A stretch of DNA of 64,000 nucleotides from Chara braunii (lineage: Eukaryota; Plantae; Charophyceae). The translations under genes were made by a program, and so were the position numbers. Shown here piece by piece: positions 52,131 through 64,000 of this stretch (position 1 is the stretch's first letter; the number at the start of each line of letters is the position of its first letter). The stretch is taken from positions 1,190,932 through 1,254,931 of the forward strand of contig BFEA01000024.1 in assembly GCA_003427395.1 (NCBI GenBank), read 5' to 3'. The notes beneath the pieces are model-generated. The model saw only the letters and a program-made list of their open reading frames with translations, was not told the DNA's origin and did not search any database.

Positions 52131-53711
52131 AGTTTCTGACCCCGAGTCTGGTCCGGATGCAATGGACTCTTTGTTTTCATACACTGAGCCTTTTGTTGAT
52201 GAGCCCTTGTCAGAGGCGGAGCATGATCAGCTCCGTTTTCTTCACCTTCAGTTGAAGGGGAAGAGAAGCTTGAGATCTGAACTGATCTTGCTCAAGCCTC
52301 TCATCAGCTGGCCCAACTGTCAGTACCTTGTTAAGTTCCTCTTCCTACCACCGAGAACAGGTGGTTTACTCAAAGGGAACTTCTCAAGACAGTCAAGCCC
52401 ATTGTATTGGCTTATGAGGCTAAAAAGAAAGGGTTTCGTACCCCGCCGTTCACCTTGTTGTCACTATCAGCTCGTCGGTCCTTGCTCCCCTGGAGGGTAG
52501 GAGTGCAATGTTCTTGCAGTTTCCCAGGAGGCTGTGGCACGTATTGGGACCATTTTGCAATTTTCCGAAGTTTCGGGTCCTAACCGGTGATTGAAACAGG
52601 CCTAAACCGACAAGGATTGTTCTGCACATTCTCTTTACTCCAGAAACAGGCCCTACTGGGCCTAACTCTCGCTCGTTGAGGCCTTAACCGACTGTTGCTT
52701 TACTTTTGCCTCAAACTGGTACCATTGTTACTGAAAAGATAGACCCATAACTGTTAGTTGGTCTACCTTTGCCCTAGACCAGTACCGTTGTTACTGGAAA
52801 ACCACAGACCCATAACTGTTTGCTGGTCTTAGGTACTTGGCAGTCCATTCCGGTAGGGGTTAGTGCAGAAGTTAAAATAAAATAGGTCCGAAGTGTTACC
52901 TCTCTTTGGTGATGCAGTTGTTTAGTGCTCTTCACGCCACCAGGCTGTTGGGGCAGCATTGTAGCTGGGAAGCCACTGCCAGGGTTTGAGCAGCAGTGAA
53001 GCAGGTGCTTCATCTGCTGGGTATGCTGGCACCATATCTGTGTTGTAGGGTTAGGCACTGCCATATCTTCTTCTTCGTGGCACCAGTTCTTCTTCTTTTT
53101 CTTCACGCTGGAGGTCCCTTCTTCATTCTGAAGCTGGCGCCGCATATTCTGGGAGGTCCCTGGCCCAGCGCTGGAGCATCTGAGTGTTGTCTGGGTTGCA
53201 ATGGTGCTTCTGAGACCATAAGAGGGAGGCAGTGGTGGTCTGCAAGGATTAGGGCTGGACGCTGTGTGTTGGGCTGTGCGCCATAGCCGGCTCTGTGGAG
53301 GATGATGCTGGAGGGAGGAGGAAGCCTCCAGAGGCTTGTTGAAGCTTGGTTCTGAGTTTGTTCGAGGTGCTTTATTCTCGGTTGAGACTGATTGAGCTGG
53401 AGAGAGGCGAGGGGCTATGAATTGATCATTTTCAATTCTTCTGGAGTGTTGCATATCTCAATCTTTTTGGTGTGAATTCCCTCTCCAAAGCTACTTTGTC
53501 ATCTTGCCATGTGTGTGGGAACATGTTGAGGATCTGCTGGGTTGCGTTTCAATCAGTCACATAACACACTCACAAAGAACACACGCACACACACACGTCA
53601 GCGAGCACATGCAATGGGAAAACTAGTTGTGGTTCAGTTGGCTTGAGTAGGAGACTGAAGTAAAGAGGAAGGATGCGGGAGAAGGAAGAGGCATAGGGCA
53701 GAAGCACACAC

Positions 53712-54496
53712 CTCAAACCTCCGTCCTGTGCTTGTTTCTCAGCTTGTGAGTTCATAGACTCCTTGTTTTGCTCAGCGCTTATGGATCGTCTGGATCGCTT
53801 ACGTTCCGAGAAAGACGGAAAGGCTCCTCCAACAATTGGAATGGTGAGCTTTGGTTTCCTTAGGAGGTTCTGTACAGTCAACTGAGTGTCAGACCCAAAA
53901 TCCCCCACTGCCGGCAGTGGTGCAGTAGCCCCCTCCCCATAAGCTCCAACTGCCTGTGCAGCGGCTCTTGCCATGTCCACATTTTCCAGATCCATTCTTT
54001 GGGACATGACAACCATAGACCCAGGTAGAGCTGAGGATGCCGTTTGACCGGCAGCATACGAAGTGGAAGAATGGGACAGAGCTTGTTTACTATCCTTCAA
54101 CAGGCCTTGCAGTCGGGGCTTTGAGGCACCTACAGCACTACCCCCCTCCGATCCTCCATCTCCACTTCCTCCGCCTTCTGAGTCCTGTGCCAAGGGGGCC
54201 AGTAACCTGCTGCCTTCCTGCAGTACTGACATGGCTTCTTTTTTCTGAAATGATGTGGAGTCACCTGTTGATCGTTGTTGTTGCTGTTGCTGCTGGTCCG
54301 GCCAATCAGATTGTCGAGGAGTGCGGTTAAATGCACCCTTCAAGATGCCAGGAGTGGAGACATGACTTCTGTCACCAGGTGTGGAAGGTCCCATTGGAAC
54401 CAGGTTGATTGACACTCCATGGCGCACTGGCACACGCTCGCCCTTCTCCATGATGTCATGAACTGTCTTCTTTCCAACCACAAATCTTATCACAGT

Positions 54497-54498
<2 letters not shown>
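53712..54498 (-). CDS. Probable exon of an unidentified host gene (or pseudogene)
   Basis: ~260 open codons with poly-Q and Gly/Ser linkers and ordered-looking motifs (MDLENVDMARAAAQAVGAYGEG, RKPKLTIPIVGGAFPSF); GT donor at 53711; no TE motifs. Acceptor uncertain. Confidence 0.55.
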
Positions 54499-54499
<1 letters not shown>

Positions 54500-54562
<63 letters not shown>

Positions 54563-54587
54563 NNNNNNNNNNNNNNNNNNNNNNNNN

Positions 54588-54655
<68 letters not shown>
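54500..54655. repeat. (CT)n and (GT)n microsatellites with gap
   Basis: Directly visible. Confidence 0.95.
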
Positions 54656-54658
<3 letters not shown>

Positions 54659-56443
54659 ACGAGAGAAAAAGACAGAAAGGGAAAGAATGTGATCATCAGA
54701 GTTCACCAGAGGATAACAGACAATACAGGCACAGTTTCACTTCCTTTGATCTTCATGCGATGTACAAGAGGTAATAGTGCTGAGTTCACTTGAAAAGTTA
54801 ATGATGTGACGCCAAAGGGACTGATAAAGGACGATTCTTGTCCCCAATGCTTTGTTGGCTTTTGTTGTTCATAGTAGCTTAGAGAGCTGCCAAGCATGAA
54901 GGCTGGACTGCCCGCCATGTCTGAGTGCATAGATGATTAATCAAGTGAGGATACAACATTTCTTTGACACAGCCTACAGATGGCTACTACCAACCTCCAA
55001 CAGGCTCACCACTTCTGCCCTATCTATTTGTCTTTGTCTATCTCTCCATCTGTCTATTGCTAGTCTGCCTGCCTGCCTGCCACCTCCTACATCTACCTGT
55101 CTGTTTGTCTGCATGTGCGCATGCACACCCACAGACTTTAGTCTTGCTACCACCCTCTCCTCGTCCTGCCCTCACCCCTGCCCATCTCCATCCCAGCTCC
55201 ACTTTTCAAAGGTCAATTTCAGCACCCTTTTGCAGTGTTTTGCACCCTTACATGTTCAAAGGATCATGCACATGGAGCGTATTTTATGTCGACTAGTGGC
55301 CCAATCTGTGAAGAACAGGCAAGATATCTTCAGTGCTTAAGTACCACATGGCTGATTCATTGTTTTCATGCCCCGTTTTCTCCCTTCAAGGCTGCCTCAG
55401 GATGGGAAACAGTCACACTACATGCTCACAAACTGCAGCAACTTTCCCGTGGCCTGTACTGCCTCATTTTCTCCATTCCCCCAGAAGGGGAAATTATCAT
55501 CAGCGCTCCTCTCACAGGATTTGATCTGTTGGCTTGCATTGACGTGAAATATATGGTATCCAGCATGCTGCTGATAGCCAGGTAGGCACTCCTGCTTAAG
55601 ATCTTCAGAAACAGCCCCACCCACTGGACAACGAAACCCTGGTCATGTTTCTTCCTGCATTCTGAGACCTGATTACCCTGGCTCTTCACCACCACTGGCT
55701 CCCAATTTATAAATCACAAGCAGAAGTAGCTGTGAATAACAGTAATGAATAACGGTGGCTACACGGTAGCTTGATAGAACTGGAATACTTGTCATAAATG
55801 AACCATAACTGCTGAAGAGTTGGACATGGCAAGGCTGCCAATATAATGGCGTTGCTTCAATAGTACAATGAAACGGTTGTTGCTTCAATGGGACCATGAA
55901 ACGGCATGGTGAGGCTGCCAACATGGCTTCAATGATACAATGAAACGGCAATTATCACATCTTGTTGGTAGTTACTTGTATATTGGCGATGGCATATGCT
56001 CTAGCCTTCTCCAGTTCTGCTCACTGCCACAGTGACATAATGGCCTCTCATCCACATCCTTGTCCCCCTCCTCCAGGTCGCAGCAAAATCCTTCTTTCTC
56101 TCTAAATTACCTGAGAGGTCATCCCACCAGCAACCGAAATAGACCTGGAACCAAAGAGCAGTTAAACTAGGCATGTCAGTAACTGGAACTAGAGCAGTGG
56201 GCTCAAGTGCAACCCAACAACACGAAGCCAAAAGTCATTGACAAAGACATTGAGAGAATCAAATTGGTCAGTCCGACCAGAAGTTCGTCAAATTTGACAC
56301 TCCGGGGTTTCCGTCTTTCCCCCCTCTCCCTCCGTAATTTAATTCAACTTCTTGGAGTCCAGTACTGCTCGACTGATTTAAAGCAAGTAGTTGTTGTGGG
56401 ATGCTGGGGTGGATGGAGCATGGTTGCAGAATACAACTTGCAT

Positions 56444-56912
56444 GCATTCATTATCGAGAGGAAGCTAATTCATTCGGTCCAGGTTGTATATGTCAAGGTT
56501 CAACATGACAAACGGGACAACAACATAGGCATTTGCCAAGGATAGATATTAGAGTGGCGAGCGAACACCCATAGACCAGAGCGAGAAGCAGGCGTAGACA
56601 TAGACAAGAGTTGAGAGCAGACGATGACACACAAGCCTTCTCCCGAACGCGACCTGACAGGTCAGCATAAAAATTTCAATAAACCAGCCTGCCGTAGCCA
56701 GCACATGCAAAAAAAGTTAACGAAGCATGCGCGTCGTCAACATCCTGAAGGAACTGCCAGCTGATGATGGCGCGACCCTACGCCGCGTTTCGACCAGTTG
56801 CCAGCCGGTCCTCATCAGGGGTCATATCACGTCGCGGTTTGAGGAGGAATACAACTGTATGGGACAGAACTCAGCCAGTGTATAATTTGTTTCGTTAAAC
56901 AGCTGTAGGGGA
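56444..56912 (-). mobile_element. Non-coding retrozyme / solo-pLTR-like insertion (469 bp)
   Basis: Flanked by exact 25-bp direct repeats CATGGTTGCAGAATACAACTTGCAT (56419-43 and 56913-37); contains a hammerhead ribozyme. Confidence 0.7.
56774..56823 (-). ncRNA. Type I hammerhead ribozyme with intact core
   Basis: GACCC-CTGATGA-G-GACCGG-CTGGCAA-CTGGTC-GAAA-CG-CGG-CG-TA-GGGTC; GUA cleavage triplet, predicted cut between 56779 and 56778. Confidence 0.9.
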
Positions 56913-57206
56913 CATGGTTGCAGAATACAACTTGCATACAAAATTTGTTTCTTTTTCCAACAGCTGTAGGGGACCAACTTTTGGAAGCGATAGAGGAGAG
57001 AAAAAAGGGTGGAGAGGGAAAAGGGGGGCCAGGGGGAGCTACGAAAGGGGGGCTGGGAGGTCAGGGGGGTGGAGAATGGGGAGTGGGGGCATACTCACAC
57101 TAGGACTCCTTTTCAAAAAAAAAAAAACAGGCCCTTATGGTCCTGCCTCCATGTCCTTTCTGGGGAGCATCAGTCCGGTTCCTTTTCCACCCGGCAAGTC
57201 ATGTAC

Positions 57207-57207
<1 letters not shown>

Positions 57208-57273
<66 letters not shown>
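57208..57273. repeat. (GA)n microsatellite
   Basis: Directly visible. Confidence 0.95.
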
Positions 57274-57274
<1 letters not shown>

Positions 57275-57639
57275 CCTGTACCTTTTGTGCGCTCATCAGG
57301 GTCTGCTATGTACTCTACCCAGCTGGCAGCAGATTCTGTGTCATCTGTCCTCTGTCTTTGAAGAGTTTGTGGCCTGTCAATTGGGTTATTTGGCCTCGCT
57401 CAGCTGCACAACACTAGACATGTATGTGGACAGTAAAAGGAAGACCAGATTTTTGGACTGATGAAACATTTCGAATGAAACAGACCATTATTAGGCTCCA
57501 GGTACATGCAGAGCATTGTGCAGTGGAGTGAGGCCCGTTCTCTCGTTCTTCTTTTCATGGTTTGTTCTTTTTCTTTTTGAGACATTCTGCCCTCTTGTCC
57601 GATTCCCAGCCACGATGCTTTTTTAAAAAAAAAAGTGGT

Positions 57640-60600
57640 TATAGTTTCTTTACTTGATTGGTCAACCTCTTCTCATTTCCACAATCTATGGCCGCAGCAC
57701 TGTGTCCTGTATCGTGTGTCCCTAGGACTAACACACTTGCATTTGCAATCCCCGGTCAAGGGTTCGGACCCCAAGGGTGTATCGTGACGACACCCTCACG
57801 CTTCCTTCCTTTTGGCCGAAGGACCCCTGACCAATATTGATTACTCCCTGTATCAAGAGGATTGAATGTCAGCTTCCCTTCTCATGAATCCCTCTCAGGT
57901 TCGCACCCATAACAAGAATCCTGCCAAATATTGTGACAGACTGTGCCTGAGGTTGCTTTTGGGAGCTTTCCTCTGCTACTGTCTCGTCTTTGATGGTAAC
58001 TTCTCTTTCACTCTTCCTGTCTTGTGAGACTCTGGGGGCTGTCCTGTATGGTTCCCTGTCTCCCAAGTACTGGGCCAGAGTTATGCCAGTCTTTCCATTG
58101 TTGCAATAACCCATCCAGTATGCCTCTTGGAATGTCTAAGGGCCTCGCCAGGCCACCACTCAGACCCAGGCTGAGGGGAGAAAAAACCCCTAAGTAGATT
58201 CAGGGCCTGAGCGGGCGACAGTTGACCAAAATCAGTTGCCCGACGTCCAACAGTCAAAGTCAAAATGGACCCAGCCCAGGCCGTCGGTCAGACGCACAGA
58301 CTTGTTTGTACGTAGGTACCCAGTCAACATCAGCGAACTTCTGTCCCTCCTTCCGGGTCCGCGTCTCCGCATCCCCCAGAAGCGACATCTGATCTTGTCC
58401 CGTTGCTATCATAGTGCAAAATAGGCGCCACCCGTCTTCGGAAAGAACGACCGTTCTGATTGATTCCACTCTGCCTTCCGCTATCTCGTCCCAGCCTTCC
58501 GCTTCCCTTATTGGGTTCCAGATCCGCTCTATCCATACGTAAGATAGCCCCTGGGCAACTTCAAACCCAACCCAACTTCAAACCCAACCCAGTCGCACGT
58601 GGTCCCCCTCCATTCGTTTTCTGTTGGTATAGGTATTTATATTCCCCCTTTGAGTCGCCTCGGTTCCCATCCCTTGAAAGTGCAGTCCATCAGCAATTCT
58701 TCTCTAGTCATCTTTCCCCGTCCTGCACAATGCCAGGCCACTCGGTTTCCCTAAGTAACTCCCCCACCTTAGAAGTCTCAGTCCTCTATTTCATCCCCTT
58801 CGTCCTCGTCACTGAAGTCGTCCTCTTCGTTGTAAAACAATTCCTTCATGCCCTCCAGGAATGTCTCCCCTATTGCCACATTTCTGTAGACTATCCCCCA
58901 ATGCACAGAGTTAGGAACAAAGACATTGTCTATGCTAAGGCAGTTCAGCATCTCGGCCAACTCTTCCGCCCAATTCCCTTCAAACGGCCCCATTTCTACC
59001 AACAACCGGAAGAAGTCCTGCCTGCCGCATTGGTGTAGTCCGAGGGTCGTCATGGAGCATATATGTACTAGCCTGCTCCGGGTTCCGAAGACCGCATCCA
59101 CTAGAAAGGGGGGCAGCACACACCGCATTGTTCTGACGGGTCGCCTCACGTTCCCTCTATCCCCGAGCTCCACTCGCACCTCTACCTTTTCCATTTCCAT
59201 TTCTGCCCGTTGACACGCAGCCCATACAACCTCCCTCTCTGCCTTCCTAAACAATTCGTCCGGCGTATTTCCTAGCACCAAATCTATGACCATAGCGTTC
59301 TCCCCATCTTGCGACAAGTAGACTCACCCCCAGGCTTCCACCGTCCCTCGGAACTCCAAATCCATTAAGCTCGGCGACAACCTTGTCAAACTGACTTTAG
59401 TCCATATCGTTTCTATCCAAAGGAACGTGTCTTCCTCTTCCAGCATTACGGTTTGATATGCTGGCTCAAGATTTGTCCACATCCCATCTTCCGGGAGGAC
59501 GACCGATACCCCATCCTTTACATCTACTGGCATTTCCGGACCGCTGGTATAGATCGGGGATGACAACCACCGCACCATCTTGTTTTCCAGCACCCGACCC
59601 CTGTTTCCATAAGAGAGTACCAAACGTCCCTTCCGGTCAGGTCAACCCACGTCCTAGATGATAATTATTTCAGACCCCTCATCAAGGTCTTCCTAATTTA
59701 CCTTCCCATCCCTAAGTATCTCCTTCCCATAGTACCCTCGGTCGGCCATCCATTTCCCAACATTCTTTCTTTTGGTTTCATTCCAACTGACCTCTATCCT
59801 CCTTCCTTTCAATCATCTCTCACTCGTGTAGACTTAGATAGGGAGGTGAGAATAGACTAGAGTCGTACCCCGCTCAACAGTTCAGCCTCAATCAATCTTT
59901 ACATGGGAGGAATACACAGAAAAAAATCAGGCAATCTCACATACGGGTCGGTCATCTCCTCACCGGCCTTTCCCCAATATGGTCTCTTCGTTGGTACTTT
60001 CGGCAGAGTTTTATCCCATACCTCAAGCGCAACTCAACCGTCGCGAGCGCGGTACCCAGGCTCCGGCTCAGGGTGTTACCCCTCTACATTTGCCCAAAAT
60101 ACCCCATCCCGTTTTGTCGCTCTTGCATACCCTCGTTGGTACCGGGAATCACCCCGTGCACCCCGTTAGGAGCAAAAGTCACTCGTCCGGGCATTCACTT
60201 CCATCGGTCCGACAAGAATCAGCCTCTCCCAGACCGTACTACGGGGAGCTACTAATCGTCTCCGAAGTTTCTTCCTTGCCTCGCATGCAGTGGTACTCCC
60301 CCCGCCAGCCAACAGGCTAAGCCCCGCCTAAGAAGACGTTTCGCACCCCGCCTGGGCAAGATCATCAAGCCATGCTCGGACGACCCAGGTGAGAATGCTA
60401 CTAATCAATCGGCCAGACAAATTCCCGTTCGACAGCTCGGTGGACCGACCTCCGCACACGAAACCCGACGAACTTCAAAGAGAGCGACGTTTTGCAATCC
60501 GCACCAGCCGGTGCAGACCCATCCTTTCCTTCCGAAAGGCATGACGCTCAAATCCCATCATGCAAGTCACAAGTCTCAAGTGGGACGCACATAATACAAG

Positions 60601-62380
60601 TGCCTTTCCCTTGGTGCACCCAACGCTTCCTACCCATGGCTCAAAATTTTCTCTCAGGACAATGAGTGTCACTCCCCCTACTTCCATACACAGTGATGAG
60701 TTCCTTCTCGTGAGAATCTTCAAGGGTGAGCTAGTTTTCCTTGGAGTCTAGCAACTCCCTTCATTCCCCTTTCTCTTCATTTGTTTGTCCTTTCATAGGA
60801 AGGGGTTGTTCCTTCTTGATGACCCGTTGTGTTCATGTTGGTTCCTTCAAGCATTTCAATGTGTATAGTGCATGAGCCCGCTGGGCTCAAAGAAGAAGAG
60901 AGAAGGGCACCCATTCGTTCGAATCACTCCGCCGCGGGATTTTCATCGGACCCCGGCCGAAGCCGAAGGACCAACTGCCTGCCAGGTAACCGAAGCCCTT
61001 CTTTCATACGAAGAGGAAGGGTCGACCTGCGACTTGCCCAAAGCTTCTCCGGACTGGCGAACACCAGCACCGGACGAAGGAGAGCTAGAGTCATCCCACA
61101 AGGAGGTGGCTAATCAAGTGCATAGCATACATGTTTTACCTCTAGGCCTGGTCATGCCATGCGGCCAGCCACTCTCAAATTTGATTCTCACGAGGGAAAG
61201 AGCAAGTACAAGTCCAATTTCCTTATCTTTGGTTGTGTACACGTCAATGCGCCGGGCGCCCCCTTCAGAATCGCAAGGGTCAGTTTAACCCTCTGCCCGT
61301 CACCTCCACCATTTTTGTAGGGCCTAACCCCGGTAGACTTTCGAGCCTTGGTCGACCCCACTGCGGGTCTCATTTGGCTTGGCCCGCCAATGCTCATGCT
61401 CGGGGCGCGGGCCGTTCGTCCCAGGGTCACCCCCACCTAGTGCTTTGAGATGGATGGGGGTGGGCCATTGCGCGAGAGAGCTTTGGCATTGGGGATGTAG
61501 CTCAACCCTCACACCGGGTGGTAGTCTCGCTGGTCATCCGGCAACGCTGATTTTTTTTTATTCTTGGTTGTGTTCTCAAGCAATTTCTCCTTCCAATACG
61601 CAGACAGTCCAGGGGTTCTTTGAGAGTTCTCTTCTCTTGTGCGCAAGCTAAGCGTCATCCTTAGGCCGCGCACCATTTCCCTAAGCATTGCAATTCTATG
61701 GCATCATCGGGGTGCGGCGATGCCGTCCTCCCCCGCCCCTCTACGCACCCCTCCAGTCTCAAGCATCTCATCCATCCTTATTGACGCAGGCCCCTTCGTC
61801 TTTTCGGGGCCTTTACATGCATGCACAAGCAACCTCACGTTTCCCTTAGCAAGTTTGCACTTCCCTCTTTCGTTTACATTCCAAGACACAAACGCAAAGA
61901 TCACTTCCATGGATTGGTTTTACGCTAGGGGTCCCATAGCCCCTTTGCCCCTTCTTCCTTTCCCTTCACCGCCCGGTTTCTCCCGACCCTATCCCGCGTA
62001 ACGCGTCCCAAGCCTTTACTTACCTGTACAATCCCACACAAAGCAAAGACCGGTACAATTCCCCATTGGGGGTCAACACATAGCCCTTCCCACATGCCTA
62101 TCTTTCCTTTCCCTTAGGCTTCTCTTTGTGCTCAATCAGCCAATTCTCTTCTTGTAGTCATGCAGTCGGGGAAATGGTTGAGTAAAACTGACCTTATTTT
62201 AACTTGTACATTCTCCCGGATTCCGCCTCCTCCCACTTTTTCAAACGTTCTTTCCTTATCCTTCTTGGCGGCACAAGGGATCGGCTACCCTTTCCTTGCC
62301 CTCTTTTTCCACCAAGTGAGGCCTGATTTTCTTTTACCGTTCGCTCCCTGGCAATGTAACAAGTGAGGGATGAAGGGTTA
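57640..62380 (-). mobile_element. Probable 3' region of a large LTR retrotransposon (truncated LTR, PPT, decayed accessory ORFs)
   Basis: Minus strand purine tract AAGGAAGGAAGCGTGAGGG followed by TGTCGTCACGATAC at 57792; upstream decayed minus-strand ORFs without pol motifs. Boundaries approximate. Confidence 0.4.
58778..59623 (-). pseudogene. Accessory ORF of unknown function (~280 codons, one in-frame stop, acidic tail)
   Basis: ORFs 59324-59623 and 58778-59317 share a frame; globular composition ending EEDDFSDEDEGDEIED. Confidence 0.55.
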
Positions 62381-62440
62381 GTCATATGCCAAGTGAGGGG
62401 AAGGGAGAGAGAGGGCAAGATGAAGAGGGAGGGAGAGAGA

Positions 62441-62504
<64 letters not shown>

Positions 62505-62751
62505 AAGAGANNNNNNNNNNNNNNNNNNNNNNNNNNNNNNNNNNNNNNNNNNNNNNNNNNNNNNNNNNNNNNNNNNNNNNNNNNNNNNNNNNNNNNNNNN
62601 NNNNNNNNNNNNNNNNNNGAGAGAGAGGGAGAGAGAAATAAAAAGAGAGTTCTAGTCCTAATCAAATCATCACACCGTAGTAGCAGGCAAATGTCGGTCA
62701 CCCATCTCATAGTGAACGAGCCTCTAAGTGTGAAACATAATACTTCCACAC

Positions 62752-64000
62752 ACATGAACTTGACGACAAGACGAAGGTTGAACTAACAAAAGCACATGCC
62801 CATGAGTGAAAGAGCAACCAAGTGTTGAAATGGAACACTACCATACATATGAACTTGACAAAGTGAGGGTTGAACTAACGAATCACATGCACATGAGCGA
62901 AAGAGTAACCAAGTGATGAAACGGAACACTACCATACATATGAACTTGACAAAGTGAGGGTTGAACTAACGAAGCACATGCATATGAGCGAAAGAGCAAC
63001 CAAGTGATGAAACGGAACACTACCATACATATGAACTTTGACAAAACGAAGGTTGAACTAACGAAGCGCATGCACATGAGCGAAAGAGCAACCAAGTGAT
63101 GAAACGGAACACTACCATACATATGAACTTTGATAAAACGAAGGTTGAATTAACGAAAGTACATGCACATGAGTGAATGAGCAACCAAGTGATGAAACGG
63201 AACACTACCACTCACATGAACTTGACAAGGTGAATATTGAACTAACAAAAGCTCATGCACACGAGTGAGAGAGCAACCAAGTGATGGAACGGAACACTAC
63301 CACTCACATGAACTTGACAAGGTGAAGATTGAACTAACAAAAGCTTATGCACATGAGTGAAGAGCAACCAAGTGTTGAAACGGAACACTACCATACGTAT
63401 GAACTTTGACAAAATGAAGGTTGAACTCACGAAAGTACATGCACACGAGTGAAAGAGCAACTATGTGTGAACCGGAACATCAACACATGCTTGAACTTGT
63501 CAAAGTGAAGATCGAACTAGTGGAACACGCTCACATGAGTAAAAGAGCAACTAAGTGTGAACCGGAACATCAACACATGCTTGAACTTGACAAAGTGAAG
63601 ACTGAACTAGTGGAACATACTCACATGAGTAGAAGAGCAACTAAGTGTGAACCGAAACATCAACACATGCTTGAACTTAACAAGGTGAAATTTGAACTAG
63701 TGGAACACATTCGTATGAGTAGAAGAGCAACTAAGTATGAACCGGAACATCAACACATGTTTGAACTTGTCAAAGTAAAGATCGAACTAGTGGAACACGC
63801 TCACCTGAGTAGAAAAGCAACTAAGTGTGAACCGAAACATGAACACATGCTTGAACTCGACAAAGTGAAGACTGAACTAGTGAAACATACTCACATGAGT
63901 AGAACAGCAACTAAGTGTGAACCGGAACATCAACACATGCTTGAACTTGACAAGGTGAAGATTGAACTAGTGGAACACATTCGTATGAGTAGAAGAGCAA
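62752..64000. repeat. Tandem satellite: 91/92-bp subtype switching to a 90-bp subtype near 63460
   Basis: TGAACTTGACAA...GAACTA...CATGAG...AGAGCAAC units; period 91 (62850 to 62941) then 90 (63471 to 63561). Confidence 0.95.

Noticed and set aside
57455-57500. CTGATGA...GAAAC resembling a hammerhead
   Set aside because: No adequate stem I or III and no NUH cleavage triplet in register.
62752-64000. Tandem arrays (also 23826-23921 and 25338-25580) as CRISPR
   Set aside because: Whole units repeat with no unique spacers; no cas genes; eukaryotic context.

Overview
Eukaryotic, repeat-dominated window with several assembly gaps (N runs). The element repertoire suggests a streptophyte alga such as Chara (inference, not verifiable here). 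From left to right: the 3' part of a decayed Helitron (1-4781); four Penelope-like elements (PLEs) with N-terminal GIY-YIG nuclease (Naiad/Chlamys-type domain order) at ~4782-5900 (+), 6304-12636 (-), ~16198-19979 (+, interrupted by a solo LTR) and 30372-35650 (+); a full-length chromodomain Ty3/Gypsy element (23922-39905, GACCC TSD) whose RNase H is split by an 8-bp-TSD DNA element that itself holds the last PLE; a ~9.9 kb L1/Tx1-like LINE (41626-51563) inserted in a Gypsy gag remnant; a probable host exon (-); a 469-bp non-coding insertion carrying a canonical hammerhead ribozyme; an LTR-element 3' region with accessory ORFs; and a 90/91-bp satellite with a trimeric higher-order repeat. The most interesting signal is a family of hammerhead and hammerhead-like motifs shared between the pseudo-LTRs of a two-ORF N-terminal-EN PLE and a free retrozyme-like insertion, plus apparent microsatellite targeting through the element's own Phe-Phe-Phe codons.
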